DNA from: Bacillota bacterium
GTDB taxonomy: Bacteria; Bacillota; SHA-98; UBA4971
Reading direction: 5' to 3'
Length of the DNA: 64,000 bases
NCBI GenBank assembly: GCA_014360195.1
Contig: JACIXY010000001.1
Span: forward strand, 305,714-369,713
Every line of letters begins with the position of its first letter. Within the stretch, counting starts at the first letter, position 1. Positions 17,946-27,910 of the stretch are shown here, piece by piece. Below the pieces are notes generated by a model that saw nothing but the letters and a program-made list of their open reading frames with translations, made no database searches and was not told where the DNA came from. The position numbers were made by a program, and so were the translations under genes.

Positions 17946-19826
17946 ATGCAGATAGATTCGCGGCTGCTCGACGAGATCCTCGAAGTGGTGGAGAGGCCTG
18001 CTCGCTATGTGAACGGCGAGTGGAACGCCGTGCATAAGCGCCCCGATGAGGTGGATGTCAGGGTTCTCCTGGCTTTTCCCGATACCTACGAGGTGGGGAT
18101 GTCCCATCTCGGCCTGAAGATCCTGTACTACATACTCAACCAGCGCGACGACGTCGCGTGCGAGCGTACCTTCATGCCATGGGTGGACATGCACGCCGCA
18201 ATGAAGGATAAGGGCATCCCGCTGTACTCCCTCGAGTCGCGCCTACCTGCCCGCGAGTTTGACATCCTCGGCTTCAGCCTCCAGTACGAGCTGTCGTACA
18301 CGAACGTCCTTGCGATGCTGGATCTCGCGGGGATCCCCGCCCGCTCCGAGGCAAGGGGAGCGGACGACCCCCTGGTCATTGCGGGAGGGCCATGCGCCTA
18401 CAATCCGGAGCCGGTGGCGCCGTTCTTCGACGCCATTCTTCTCGGCGAAGGAGAGGAGGCCGTGGGCGAAATCGTTGATGAATACAAGCGGGCAAGGCGC
18501 GAGAGCCTTTCCAGGCGGGAGATGCTCGAGGCCCTGGCACGCGTTCCCGGCGTGTACGTGCCGTCCCTCTATGAGGTTGAGTATCGCGAGGATGGCAAGA
18601 TCGCCAGGATCTTCCCGACAAGCCCGGCCGCGGCCTACCCGGTGCAGAAGAGAGCGGTCAGGGACCTTGGCACCGTGCCGTTTCCCGATAAATTCGTGGT
18701 GCCGTTTGCCGAGATCATCCACGACCGGATCATGCTCGAGGTTTTCCGTGGGTGCACTCACGGTTGCAGGTTCTGCCAGGCAGGCATGGTTTATCGGCCG
18801 GTGAGGGAGAGGGACCTCGACGACCTGTGCGAGCTTGCAAGGCGTCTTGTGACGAGCACAGGTTATGAGGAGATATCTCTGATGTCGCTATCCAGCGCCG
18901 ATTACTCACGCATCAGGGAACTCGTCTCGAATCTCCTCCAGCGCTATTCCGGGTCGGGCGTGGCGGTTTCTCTTCCATCGCTTCGAGTAGACTCGTTTTC
19001 CGTTGATCTCGCAAAGGAGGTGGAGAAAGGAAGGAAGACCGGGCTAACCTTTGCCCCGGAGGCGGGGACGCAAAGGCTCAGGGATGTTATCAATAAAGGT
19101 GTGACCCGGAACGATCTGCTGGAGGCGGTCAGGGCGGCCTTCGCCGCCGGGTGGCAGGCGGTCAAGCTGTATTTCATGATCGGGCTGCCCACCGAGACCG
19201 AGGACGACCTCGCCGGCATCGTGAACCTGGCGAGGGAGGTCCTGGCTTGCGGCAGAGAAGAACTGAGGCGTGCCGGCACGACGCGGTCACCCCAGGTCAC
19301 GGTGAGCGTCTCATCCTTTGTGCCGAAAGCCCATACACCATTTCAGTGGCACCCCCAGGCACCCATGGAGGAACTCCTCGAGAAGCAGGACTACCTCAAA
19401 CACCACCTGCGTGGGAGAGGGCTGAAGCTGGCATGGCATGACGTCAAGAGCAGCTTCCTTGAGGCAGTGTTCTCAAGGGGGGACAGGCGCCTCGCGGCGG
19501 CGCTCGAGGAGGCGACCACTCTTGGATGTAGGTTTGACGCATGGCACGAGGAGCTTCGTTTCGACAAATGGCAGGAGGCCTTCGCCAGGTCGCGCGTGGA
19601 CCCGAAGTTCTACGCAAATACACACTGGAGCTACGATGACGTGCTGCCCTGGGACCATCTCAGCGCCGGGGTATCGAGAGACTACCTCGTGGCTGAGTCC
19701 AGGCGGGCAGCGGAGGGCGTTCCAACTCCCGACTGTCGGCTCGGAAAATGCGTGAAGTGCGGGGTCTGTCCGCAACTTAAGGTGGCGCCGCGCATCCTTG
19801 CAAGGCCTGTTGAGGGGGTGTCGTAG
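17946..19826 (+). CDS. TIGR03960-type B12-binding radical SAM protein
   Basis: FPDTYEVGMSHLG, RGCTHGCRFC, FAPEAGTQRLR, C-terminal CxxCGVC. Confidence 0.9.
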   Translation: MQIDSRLLDEILEVVERPARYVNGEWNAVHKRPDEVDVRVLLAFPDTYEVGMSHLGLKILYYILNQRDDVACERTFMPWVDMHAAMKDKGIPLYSLESRLPAREFDILGFSLQYELSYTNVLAMLDLAGIPARSEARGADDPLVIAGGPCAYNPEPVAPFFDAILLGEGEEAVGEIVDEYKRARRESLSRREMLEALARVPGVYVPSLYEVEYREDGKIARIFPTSPAAAYPVQKRAVRDLGTVPFPDKFVVPFAEIIHDRIMLEVFRGCTHGCRFCQAGMVYRPVRERDLDDLCELARRLVTSTGYEEISLMSLSSADYSRIRELVSNLLQRYSGSGVAVSLPSLRVDSFSVDLAKEVEKGRKTGLTFAPEAGTQRLRDVINKGVTRNDLLEAVRAAFAAGWQAVKLYFMIGLPTETEDDLAGIVNLAREVLACGREELRRAGTTRSPQVTVSVSSFVPKAHTPFQWHPQAPMEELLEKQDYLKHHLRGRGLKLAWHDVKSSFLEAVFSRGDRRLAAALEEATTLGCRFDAWHEELRFDKWQEAFARSRVDPKFYANTHWSYDDVLPWDHLSAGVSRDYLVAESRRAAEGVPTPDCRLGKCVKCGVCPQLKVAPRILARPVEGVS

Positions 19827-20554
19827 TGGAGCGGAATGCGCCCTCCTCTCCAGGGAAGCCGCAGGCCACTTGCAGGATCAGGCTGACAAAGACAGGGCCT
19901 GCACGGTTTATGTCGCATCTCGATTTCATCCGCGCGGTCGAAAGGGCGGTGAGGCGGGCTGACCTCCCCGTGGCGCTGACGGAGGGCTTCCACCCGCACC
20001 CGCGCATGTCCTTTTCGCCGGCGCTGCCGGTCGGGGTGGAGAGCGAGTGCGAGCTTGTCGATGTGGACCTTCGCGAAAGCCCCAGCGTCGACGAGGTGGC
20101 AAGAAGGCTCGGGTGCGTGTTGCCGCCCGGGATGCGTCTTGTGTCGTGCGTGGTGTTGCCTCGGGGTGGGCCGTCCCTAAGTTCGATGATCCGGGCCGCG
20201 TCTTACCAGGTGGACTTCGCACGCGACAATATCGCGGGACGTCCGGATGTCATCGAAGCCGCCATAGAGGGGCTTCTTCGGGCTGACGCGATTCCTATTT
20301 CCCGCACGACGCCCAAGGGTACGAGGGAGTTCAACCTGAGGCCCCTGATTTATGATCTGCGGCTCCTACGGGGGAATGGAGCCGTCTCGGTGCACATGTT
20401 GGTCGCCGCCGGGCCGCGGGGGCATGTGCGGCCCGACGACGTGGCGCGAGAGATCGCGCGTCGGGCGGGCCTCGGGCCGGGGGCGCGTCCTGCGAGGATC
20501 GTGCGAAAGGAGTTTTACGTGGAGAGGGACGGGAGATTCCGCCCTCTTCTCTAA
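19826..20554 (+). CDS. TIGR03936 radical SAM-associated protein (DUF2344)
   Basis: FMSHLD, RAVRRADLP, EGFHPHP, ALPVGVES. Confidence 0.88.
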   Translation: MERNAPSSPGKPQATCRIRLTKTGPARFMSHLDFIRAVERAVRRADLPVALTEGFHPHPRMSFSPALPVGVESECELVDVDLRESPSVDEVARRLGCVLPPGMRLVSCVVLPRGGPSLSSMIRAASYQVDFARDNIAGRPDVIEAAIEGLLRADAIPISRTTPKGTREFNLRPLIYDLRLLRGNGAVSVHMLVAAGPRGHVRPDDVAREIARRAGLGPGARPARIVRKEFYVERDGRFRPLL

Positions 20555-20636
20555 CCGACGACCCGGCCGGCGGGGCTAGGACATGGGCTCGGCCTGGCTT
20601 TCCCCACAGGGGAGTTATTTCGAGGAGTGAAAATGA

Positions 20637-22403
20637 ATGTCCAAGGAAATAGTGGTGAACGTGCGGCCGGGAGAAACCCGGGCCGCTGTGATAGAGAACG
20701 GACACCTAGTGGAGATCCAGATCGAGCGACAAGCCCACCAGAGGTATGTCGGGAACATTTACAAAGGCCGCGTGGAAAACGTGCTTCCGGGCATGCAGGC
20801 GGCCTTTGTTGACGTGGGGCTCGAACGCAACGCCTTCCTCTATGTGGAAGACGCGCTGAAGGCGAGGGAGGGCCAGTTCGATGATCTGGACGTGGAGGAT
20901 GTGAAGGCTCTCTCCATAAAGGACATCCTGAAGGAAGGACAACAGATAATCGTTCAGATCACGAAGGAGCCCATCGGGACAAAGGGGGCGAGAGTGGTAA
21001 CCCAGATCACGCTTCCCGGGCGAAATGTCGTGCTCATGCCCACAGTGGACTACGTCGGAGTGAGCAGGCGCATCGCCAACGACGAGGAGCGTGCGCGGCT
21101 GAAGAAAATCGCGATGAGGGCCAAGCCCCGGGGCTGCGGGGTCATCGTCCGCACCGCTGCGGAAGGGAAGGACGAGAAAGAAATAACGCAGGAGATCGGG
21201 TTCCTGGTGAAGCTGTGGCGGCGTATCAAAATGAAGGCCCGTCGCACTCCGGCGCCCGCTCTCTTGCATCGCGACTACGATCTCATCTACCGAATAATGA
21301 GGGACCTCTTCTCGGAGGACGTGGACCAGTTCATTGTGGACGACGCCCACGAGTTCGAGAAGGCCAGGGACCTTTTGAACATCATGTCTCCGCAGCTGAA
21401 GGGGAAACTCAAGTACTACGCGGGAGAGGAGCCCATATTCGACCATTACGGCATCGAGGAGGAGATCGAGAAGGCGCTGCGGCGCAGGGTGTGGCTTTCG
21501 TGCGGCGGGTACCTGGTGTTCGACCACACCGAGGCCCTCACAAGCATTGACGTCAACACGGGCAGGTTCATCGGCACCACCAACCTGCAGGATACCGTGC
21601 TCAAGACAAACCTTGAGGCTGCAAGCGAGATCGCGCATCAGCTGAGGCTGCGGAACATCGGGGGTATCATCATAATCGACTTCATCGACATGGACTCCGA
21701 GGAAGCCCGACAGCAGGTCATAAAGAGGCTGGAGGAGGAACTCCGGAAAGACAAGACGCGCGCCACGGTGCTGGGCTTCACACACCTTGGCCTCCTCGAG
21801 ATGACGCGGAAGAAGACCCGTCCCGGCCTGGAGGAGGTGCTTTCGCGACCGTGCCCGTACTGCGACGGGCGCGGGCGGGTGCTATCGGAAGAGACCCTGG
21901 CCCTCCGGGCGGAGAAGGAGATACGGCGCATGGCAGCCAGGCAGGCCGAGGAGGCGATGCTTGTGTCGATGCACCCCAGCGTCGCGGCGCTTCTCATAGG
22001 GCAGGGAGGGAGCAACCTCTCCAGGATCGAGCAGGAAACCGGCAAGGTGATCTATGTCAAGGGCAACCCGGCGCTTCACATCGAGGACATGGACGTGGTC
22101 GCCACGGGAACGCGGGAAGAGGTCGAGAAGCGCGCGCTCCCTGTAAGTGTGGGGGACGTTCTCGAGGTCGAAGTCCAGGAGCCACACGCCTCGAATCCCA
22201 GCAACGGGATAACGCGTATCGACGGATACATCGTGGATATCGACGGCGGCGGAAATCTTGTGGGCAAGAGGGTCAAGGTTGAAATAGCCAAGGTGTTTCG
22301 AACGTACGCGCGGGCGAAGCCTCGAGACATCGCAGGCGGCGGTCCGGGTCCCGGCCTTGACGAGGCGAGCCTGCAGGCAGGAACGGGCAACGGCGGCGTT
22401 TGA
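20637..22403 (+). CDS. rng: Ribonuclease E/G family with C-terminal TRAM-like domain
   Basis: GNIYKGRV, LPGMQAAFVD, IDVNTG, GGIIIIDFIDM, CPYC. Confidence 0.93.
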   Translation: MSKEIVVNVRPGETRAAVIENGHLVEIQIERQAHQRYVGNIYKGRVENVLPGMQAAFVDVGLERNAFLYVEDALKAREGQFDDLDVEDVKALSIKDILKEGQQIIVQITKEPIGTKGARVVTQITLPGRNVVLMPTVDYVGVSRRIANDEERARLKKIAMRAKPRGCGVIVRTAAEGKDEKEITQEIGFLVKLWRRIKMKARRTPAPALLHRDYDLIYRIMRDLFSEDVDQFIVDDAHEFEKARDLLNIMSPQLKGKLKYYAGEEPIFDHYGIEEEIEKALRRRVWLSCGGYLVFDHTEALTSIDVNTGRFIGTTNLQDTVLKTNLEAASEIAHQLRLRNIGGIIIIDFIDMDSEEARQQVIKRLEEELRKDKTRATVLGFTHLGLLEMTRKKTRPGLEEVLSRPCPYCDGRGRVLSEETLALRAEKEIRRMAARQAEEAMLVSMHPSVAALLIGQGGSNLSRIEQETGKVIYVKGNPALHIEDMDVVATGTREEVEKRALPVSVGDVLEVEVQEPHASNPSNGITRIDGYIVDIDGGGNLVGKRVKVEIAKVFRTYARAKPRDIAGGGPGPGLDEASLQAGTGNGGV

Positions 22404-22429
22404 CACGGCGGAAGAGGCTGTGGTAAACT
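22400..22429 (+). promoter_or_regulatory. SigA promoter of rplU-rpmA
   Basis: TTGACA-18-TAAACT with extended TG. Confidence 0.75.
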
Positions 22430-22444
22430 TCGCATTGTGGGCGC

Positions 22445-22524
22445 GTGTCGCCATGCCGCTCGGGGCAGGCTCCCGATGAAAACGCGCAGGATGAAGGCCC
22501 TCGCGTGCCTGGCCCCGGCGAGTC
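22445..22524 (+). ncRNA. Ribosomal protein L21 leader
   Basis: TCGCC...GGGGCAGG...CCTGGCCCC-GGCGAGTC stem ending in GGCGAGTC, upstream of rplU. Confidence 0.7.
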
Positions 22525-22551
22525 AAAGCGAGAGGAGACGCGAAAGTCAAG

Positions 22552-22923
22552 ATGTATGCGGTGATCGAGACAGGCGGAAAGCAGTACTGCGTGAAAGAGG
22601 ACGACGTCTTCCGCGTTGAGAAACTGGGCCAGGAGCCGGGGAAGACCGTGGAGTTCGACCGGGTACTGATGGTGGCAGATGACGAGGGCGTCGTCACGGT
22701 TGGAACCCCGTATGTTCCGGGCGCGAAGGTTATCGCCAGGGTGATCTCGGAAGGGAAGTCCCGCAAGTTACTGGTGTTTAAGTACAAGGCGAAGAAGAAC
22801 TACAGAAGGCGCTACGGCCACAGGCAGCCCTTTACGGAAGTGCGTGTGCAGAGCATCCAGCCGGAGACTCCTGCGGCCGGTTCGGATACACCCGCAAGCC
22901 CTTCTGATAGCGGGGAGGTATGA
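22552..22923 (+). CDS. rplU: 50S ribosomal protein L21
   Basis: [19 protein letters not shown]. Confidence 0.97.
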   Translation: MYAVIETGGKQYCVKEDDVFRVEKLGQEPGKTVEFDRVLMVADDEGVVTVGTPYVPGAKVIARVISEGKSRKLLVFKYKAKKNYRRRYGHRQPFTEVRVQSIQPETPAAGSDTPASPSDSGEV

Positions 22924-22926
22924 TGG

Positions 22927-23196
22927 ATGGCTCACAAGAAAGGTGTAGGTAGCTCAAGAAACGGTCGCGATTCGAGGTCAAAGAGGCTCGGCGTGAAGGA
23001 GCACGCGGGCGAGTTCGTCTCCGCGGGGAGCATCCTCGTGCGGCAGCGGGGCACCAGGATACGCCCGGGCGTGAACGTCGGAGTGGGGGGGGACGACACC
23101 CTCTACGCCAGGGTCAGCGGCCGCGTGTCGTACGAGCGGTGCGGCAGGGACGCGAAGCGGGTGAGCGTGTACCCTGTAGAGGTCGCGGGTTCCTAG
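22927..23196 (+). CDS. rpmA: 50S ribosomal protein L27 (no N-terminal extension)
   Basis: [21 protein letters not shown]. Confidence 0.97.
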   Translation: MAHKKGVGSSRNGRDSRSKRLGVKEHAGEFVSAGSILVRQRGTRIRPGVNVGVGGDDTLYARVSGRVSYERCGRDAKRVSVYPVEVAGS

Positions 23197-23361
23197 ATCA
23201 CGCGAGCTGCGGGCCAGGTTGCGCGAGGGCGCCCCGCCTGGGGTGCAGCGGCACCATGTTGCCAAACCCACCATGTGGCAGGGGGGCGTAGTCGCGTTCC
23301 TTTGAGATGCATGCCGCGGCATGCGACGGCACGAAACGCGCCGGAAAGGAGCGTTGCCGCT

Positions 23362-23488
23362 GTAAGCGAGGGTGCGTTAATTCTTGTCCGTTCTCCAGTA
23401 GTTGCTGGGTTGCCGGTGACTCAAAGCGAGAGTGCAACACCGGCAACCCCTCCCAAAAGTTCGCGAGCATTTCTGCACCCTCACTTAG
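23362..23488. repeat. Palindromic MITE-like element, short core, arms B/A (127 bp)
   Basis: Colinear with 10174-10299; GTAAGCGAGGGTGC...GCACCCTCACTTAG. Confidence 0.92.
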
Positions 23489-23654
23489 GTTGGAACCCAG
23501 AATGTAGCGGCGAAAGCCGCCGCCGGAGGAACCCACCGTGTGGGCCTTGCCGGAAGGCTTTTCGCACGGCGGTGCCCGAAGTACATAGCCCTCCGCAGGT
23601 GTGTGGGAAAGCCTGCGGGGGGCTTTTGCATGGCTCGCGCGGGGCACGCCGTGA

Positions 23655-24806
<1,152 letters not shown>

Positions 24807-24823
24807 CGGGGGGAGGGCCGGTC

Positions 24824-25471
24824 GTGACGCATGATGCCACCTCTGTGAAAAGAGACGTAGGGAAAATCAAAAGACTTGGCATCATGGGTGGCACGTTTGA
24901 CCCAATACACTACGGGCATCTTGTCACAGCGGAGGTCGCGAGGGTCAAGTTCGGCCTCGATGTGGTGGTGTTTGTGCCATCCGGCGTGCCTCCCCACAAG
25001 CACGGAGTGGAGATATCGCCCGGGAGAGACCGTTACATGATGACGGTTCTCGCAACCGCGACGAATCCGTACTTTGAGGTATCCAGGGTGGAGCTTGACC
25101 GCCCGGGGCCCTCGTACACGGTGGACACCGTCAGGGAGTTTCGGACAAGGTACGGGCCCGGGACCGAGCTTTACTTCATTACGGGGGCGGACGCGGCTGT
25201 GGAGATATTCACGTGGAAGGACGCCCACGAGCTCTTGAAGATGTGCGCGTTCATAGTGGCGACCAGGCCGGGGTACTGCACGACGCGCCTCGAGGCGGAG
25301 CTTGGCCGCGCCCGTGCTGTTTCGACGCACGGGGTCTTTGTGCTCGAGGTGCCTGCCCTCGCTATCTCGTCCACGGATATCAGGGCGCGCGTGAAACATG
25401 GGGACCCCATCCGTTATCTTCTTCCTGAAAGCGTGGAAAACTACATAAGAAAGGCCGGACTGTACCTGTGA
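24824..25471 (+). CDS. nadD: Nicotinate-nucleotide adenylyltransferase
   Basis: [28 protein letters not shown]. Confidence 0.95.
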   Translation: MTHDATSVKRDVGKIKRLGIMGGTFDPIHYGHLVTAEVARVKFGLDVVVFVPSGVPPHKHGVEISPGRDRYMMTVLATATNPYFEVSRVELDRPGPSYTVDTVREFRTRYGPGTELYFITGADAAVEIFTWKDAHELLKMCAFIVATRPGYCTTRLEAELGRARAVSTHGVFVLEVPALAISSTDIRARVKHGDPIRYLLPESVENYIRKAGLYL

Positions 25472-25505
25472 CCCGCCGGGATCCTGCAGCAGTCTGCTGT
25501 GGGCG

Positions 25506-25534
25506 TTTACAGCGAGCGGCATCGGTGGTATAAT
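25506..25534 (+). promoter_or_regulatory. SigA promoter
   Basis: TTTACA-17-TATAAT with extended TG. Confidence 0.75.
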
Positions 25535-25801
25535 AAGCTTGACGAGATGCAGGAGCTGGAGAATCTAGGAGCTGGAGGTCAGGCTGGGTGCCGTAAGATC
25601 ACGAGCGCACGCGGGAACCAGCGTGCATGCCCAAGTGAAAAGTCCCACCAGTGTATATCCTTGTTTTGCGGGTTTCCGTGGTTCAGGTCTTTCCGTAGGC
25701 GGAATCCGATCGGGGGCAGTCAAAGCCGATACGCAGCACAGCGGCCATCCACGGTGAAGTCGGTGGCCGCGCCACGATCTGAATAGAATGTGCGGATGGA
25801 G

Positions 25802-25834
25802 AACCAAGGTATCTTGCAACCTTGGTTTTTCTTT
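25802..25834 (+). terminator. Intrinsic terminator-like hairpin upstream of the RRM gene
   Basis: AACCAAGGT-8 nt-ACCTTGGTT followed by TTTCTTT. Confidence 0.6.
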
Positions 25835-25859
25835 CATAATAAAGCGGAGGTGGTATGCG

Positions 25860-26117
25860 GTGACAAAGACCCTGTATGTGGGGAACCTGCCCTGGGCGGT
25901 GACCGAGGAAGACCTGGCCGAGGCGTTCAGGGCGGTGGCGGATGTCAAGGGTAGTAGAGTTATTACCGACAGAGAAACGGGCAGATCGCGCGGGTTCGGT
26001 TTCGTAGAGGTTGACGATGAGGATGTGGAGCGCGTGGTGGCGGCGATGAACGGCGCCGACATCGGAGGAAGGCAGATTATCGTCAACGAAGCGAGGCCGC
26101 GCCAACCAAGGTACTGA
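25860..26117 (+). CDS. RNA-binding protein (single RRM)
   Basis: RNP2 LYVGNL, RNP1 RGFGFVE, VNEARPR; GTG 25860 after GGAGGTG. Confidence 0.93.
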   Translation: MTKTLYVGNLPWAVTEEDLAEAFRAVADVKGSRVITDRETGRSRGFGFVEVDDEDVERVVAAMNGADIGGRQIIVNEARPRQPRY

Positions 26118-26241
26118 GCGCCTTGCGATACGCCGACGCGAAAGCTGGTCGAGGCGAGGCAGCGGGGCAGGGAGACCGGCGCGATTGCGGGCGCTTCCTG
26201 GTACATTTAGCTGAACCGATGCGGATGGGAGGCGGGCAGGC

Positions 26242-26637
26242 ATAGACCCACTATCCATTGCTGAGATAGCCCGTGCTGCTGCGGAGGACAAGAAGGCCCA
26301 GGACGTGCTGGTGCTCGATGTCCGGGAGCTGACGATAATAGCCGACTACTTCGTCATAGCGAGCGGGACCTCGCGCACGCAGGTAAAGGCCATCACCGAT
26401 GCTGTAATGCACGAACTCAAGGAACGAGGCGTGCTACCCCGACATAAGGAGGGTACCGTCGAGGGCGGCTGGATAATCCTCGACTACGCTGACACGGTGG
26501 TTCACGTGTTTCACGCCCGGGAGCGAGAGTATTACGACCTCGAGCGCCTCTACAGGGGTGCGCGGGTTGTGGGGGGCCGGGTCGGGGAGGGTTCGCGTGC
26601 CTTGTGCACCGAGCCGCGTGAGGCTCGTCGGTCTTGA
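26242..26637 (+). CDS. rsfS: Ribosome silencing factor RsfS (probable ATA start)
   Basis: DKKAQD, ADYFVIASG, EG..WIILDY, VHVF, REYYDLERL. Confidence 0.9.
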   Translation: MDPLSIAEIARAAAEDKKAQDVLVLDVRELTIIADYFVIASGTSRTQVKAITDAVMHELKERGVLPRHKEGTVEGGWIILDYADTVVHVFHAREREYYDLERLYRGARVVGGRVGEGSRALCTEPREARRS

Positions 26638-26662
26638 CTTGCCCGAGAGGGTCTGCTATAAT
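26634..26662 (+). promoter_or_regulatory. SigA promoter of tRNA-Ala
   Basis: TTGACT-17-TATAAT with extended TG. Confidence 0.8.
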
Positions 26663-26706
26663 CGCAGTGAACCGCAGGGAGCAACTGAATACGCGATTAT
26701 ATGTCT

Positions 26707-26782
26707 GGGGACGTAGCTCAGTTGGGAGAGCGCGTGAATGGCATTCACGAGGTCGTGGGTTCGATTCCCATCGTCTCCACCA
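26707..26782 (+). tRNA. tRNA-Ala (GGC)
   Basis: 76-nt cloverleaf, acceptor GGGGACG/CGTCTCC with G3:U70, anticodon loop AT-GGC-AT, GGTTCGATT T-arm, encoded CCA. Confidence 0.98.
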
Positions 26783-26867
26783 TTTTTTGTCTTCATAGTG
26801 ACGTGTGGTCCTTTGGCCGCTGACTCGAGTCGTCGTCTGACCGCTGACTCGAGCGACGCCTGTGAGC

Positions 26868-26895
26868 CGCCCCCCGTCCGCGCGGACGGGGGGCG
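26868..26895. terminator. Perfect 28-bp GC-rich palindrome, probable terminator after the tRNA
   Basis: CGCCCCCCGTCCGC/GCGGACGGGGGGCG then TTCCCGTTTT. Confidence 0.55.
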
Positions 26896-27026
26896 TTCCC
26901 GTTTTGACAGCCGCTGGCGATATCGCCCGCAAACCATCTTCATGGGCTAGCCTACTACAACAGGAAATCCCTGTTGCACATTGAACCTCTATGGCGCGAC
27001 CCGGAACAGGTCAAGGGGGTGGTTTC

Positions 27027-27692
27027 ATGTTCGACCTCTCGAGGCGGCAAAGGTTCGTCGTGGCTGTGTTACTCGTTGCATTCGGTGTTGGCGGCGTCGT
27101 GCTCGTCGCAAGACGCCTGGCCGGGGGCGATGTTGTGCTGATGCCGGGCCCGGTGCCGCTTGCCGATGGCCAGCAGGTTGAGGCCGCGGAAAGGGACGAG
27201 CCGGCGAAGGACTCGTCCGGCGGCGGCAAGGTTACGGTGCACGTATGCGGGGCGGTGACCACCCCGGGCGTGTACACGCTCCCTTCAGGCTCGCGCGTGG
27301 CCGACGCGGTGCGGCTCGCAGGTGGCCTTGCGCCCGGGGCATGCCCGGAGCTTGTGAACATGGCTAAGGTTCTGTCCGACTCGGTGCAGGTTTACATACC
27401 GATGAAGCCTGCAACAGGGTCCGGGGCGGGCGCGAGTTCGGGCGCAGGTTCTGCCGCGGGGTGCACCGAGCCTTCACGGGTGTCCGAGACAGACCATATG
27501 CGTGTCAACATCAACACGGCCGGCCTTGCGGAGCTCGACTCGCTACCAGGCATTGGCCCTGCGCTTGCCCGGAGGATAATCGAGCACCGGAACGCGAAAG
27601 GCAGGTTTGAGAGGCCGGAGCAGCTCACGGACGTGCCCGGGATCGGCCCGAGGAAGTATGACGCCCTGAAGGACCTCATCGCTGTGCATTAA
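27027..27692 (+). CDS. comEA: Competence DNA-binding protein ComEA
   Basis: TM, SLBB domain (VHVCGAV..PGVY), HhH domain (NINTA..ELDSLPGIGP). Confidence 0.93.
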   Translation: MFDLSRRQRFVVAVLLVAFGVGGVVLVARRLAGGDVVLMPGPVPLADGQQVEAAERDEPAKDSSGGGKVTVHVCGAVTTPGVYTLPSGSRVADAVRLAGGLAPGACPELVNMAKVLSDSVQVYIPMKPATGSGAGASSGAGSAAGCTEPSRVSETDHMRVNINTAGLAELDSLPGIGPALARRIIEHRNAKGRFERPEQLTDVPGIGPRKYDALKDLIAVH

Positions 27693-27879
27693 GAGAGAGT
27701 TCAGAAATGCTGCCGACTTTTGGGAGGGGTTGCCGGTGCTTGCGCGAGGGGCGTCAAAATCCGGCCACTCGCGCGACAGGGCGGATTTTGGCGAGGCGCG
27801 CCCCGCTTGGGGTGCCGTCCCCGAGTGCAACACCGGCAACCCGCGCCAAAGTCGAGAGAGTTTCTGAACCCCCTCTTAG
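27689..27879. repeat. Palindromic MITE-like element, long core, arms A/A-like (191 bp)
   Basis: TTAAGAGAGAGTTCAGAAA...TTTCTGAACCCCCTCTTAG; inner IR GGGTTGCCGGTG/CACCGGCAACCC. Confidence 0.92.
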
Positions 27880-27910
27880 GGTCAACGACGTCCAATGGAG
27901 GCGCGTGACC

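Noticed and set aside
17946-20554. Radical SAM pair as a novel pathway
   Set aside because: The widely conserved TIGR03960/TIGR03936 pair in its usual position upstream of rng-rplU; function is unclear but it is long catalogued
25547-25786. 79-aa ORF in the RRM leader
   Set aside because: No RBS and no recognisable motif; a structured RNA explanation fits better
26707-26990. Genomic island or prophage integrated at tRNA-Ala
   Set aside because: No integrase and no duplicated tRNA 3' end; core comEA follows directly
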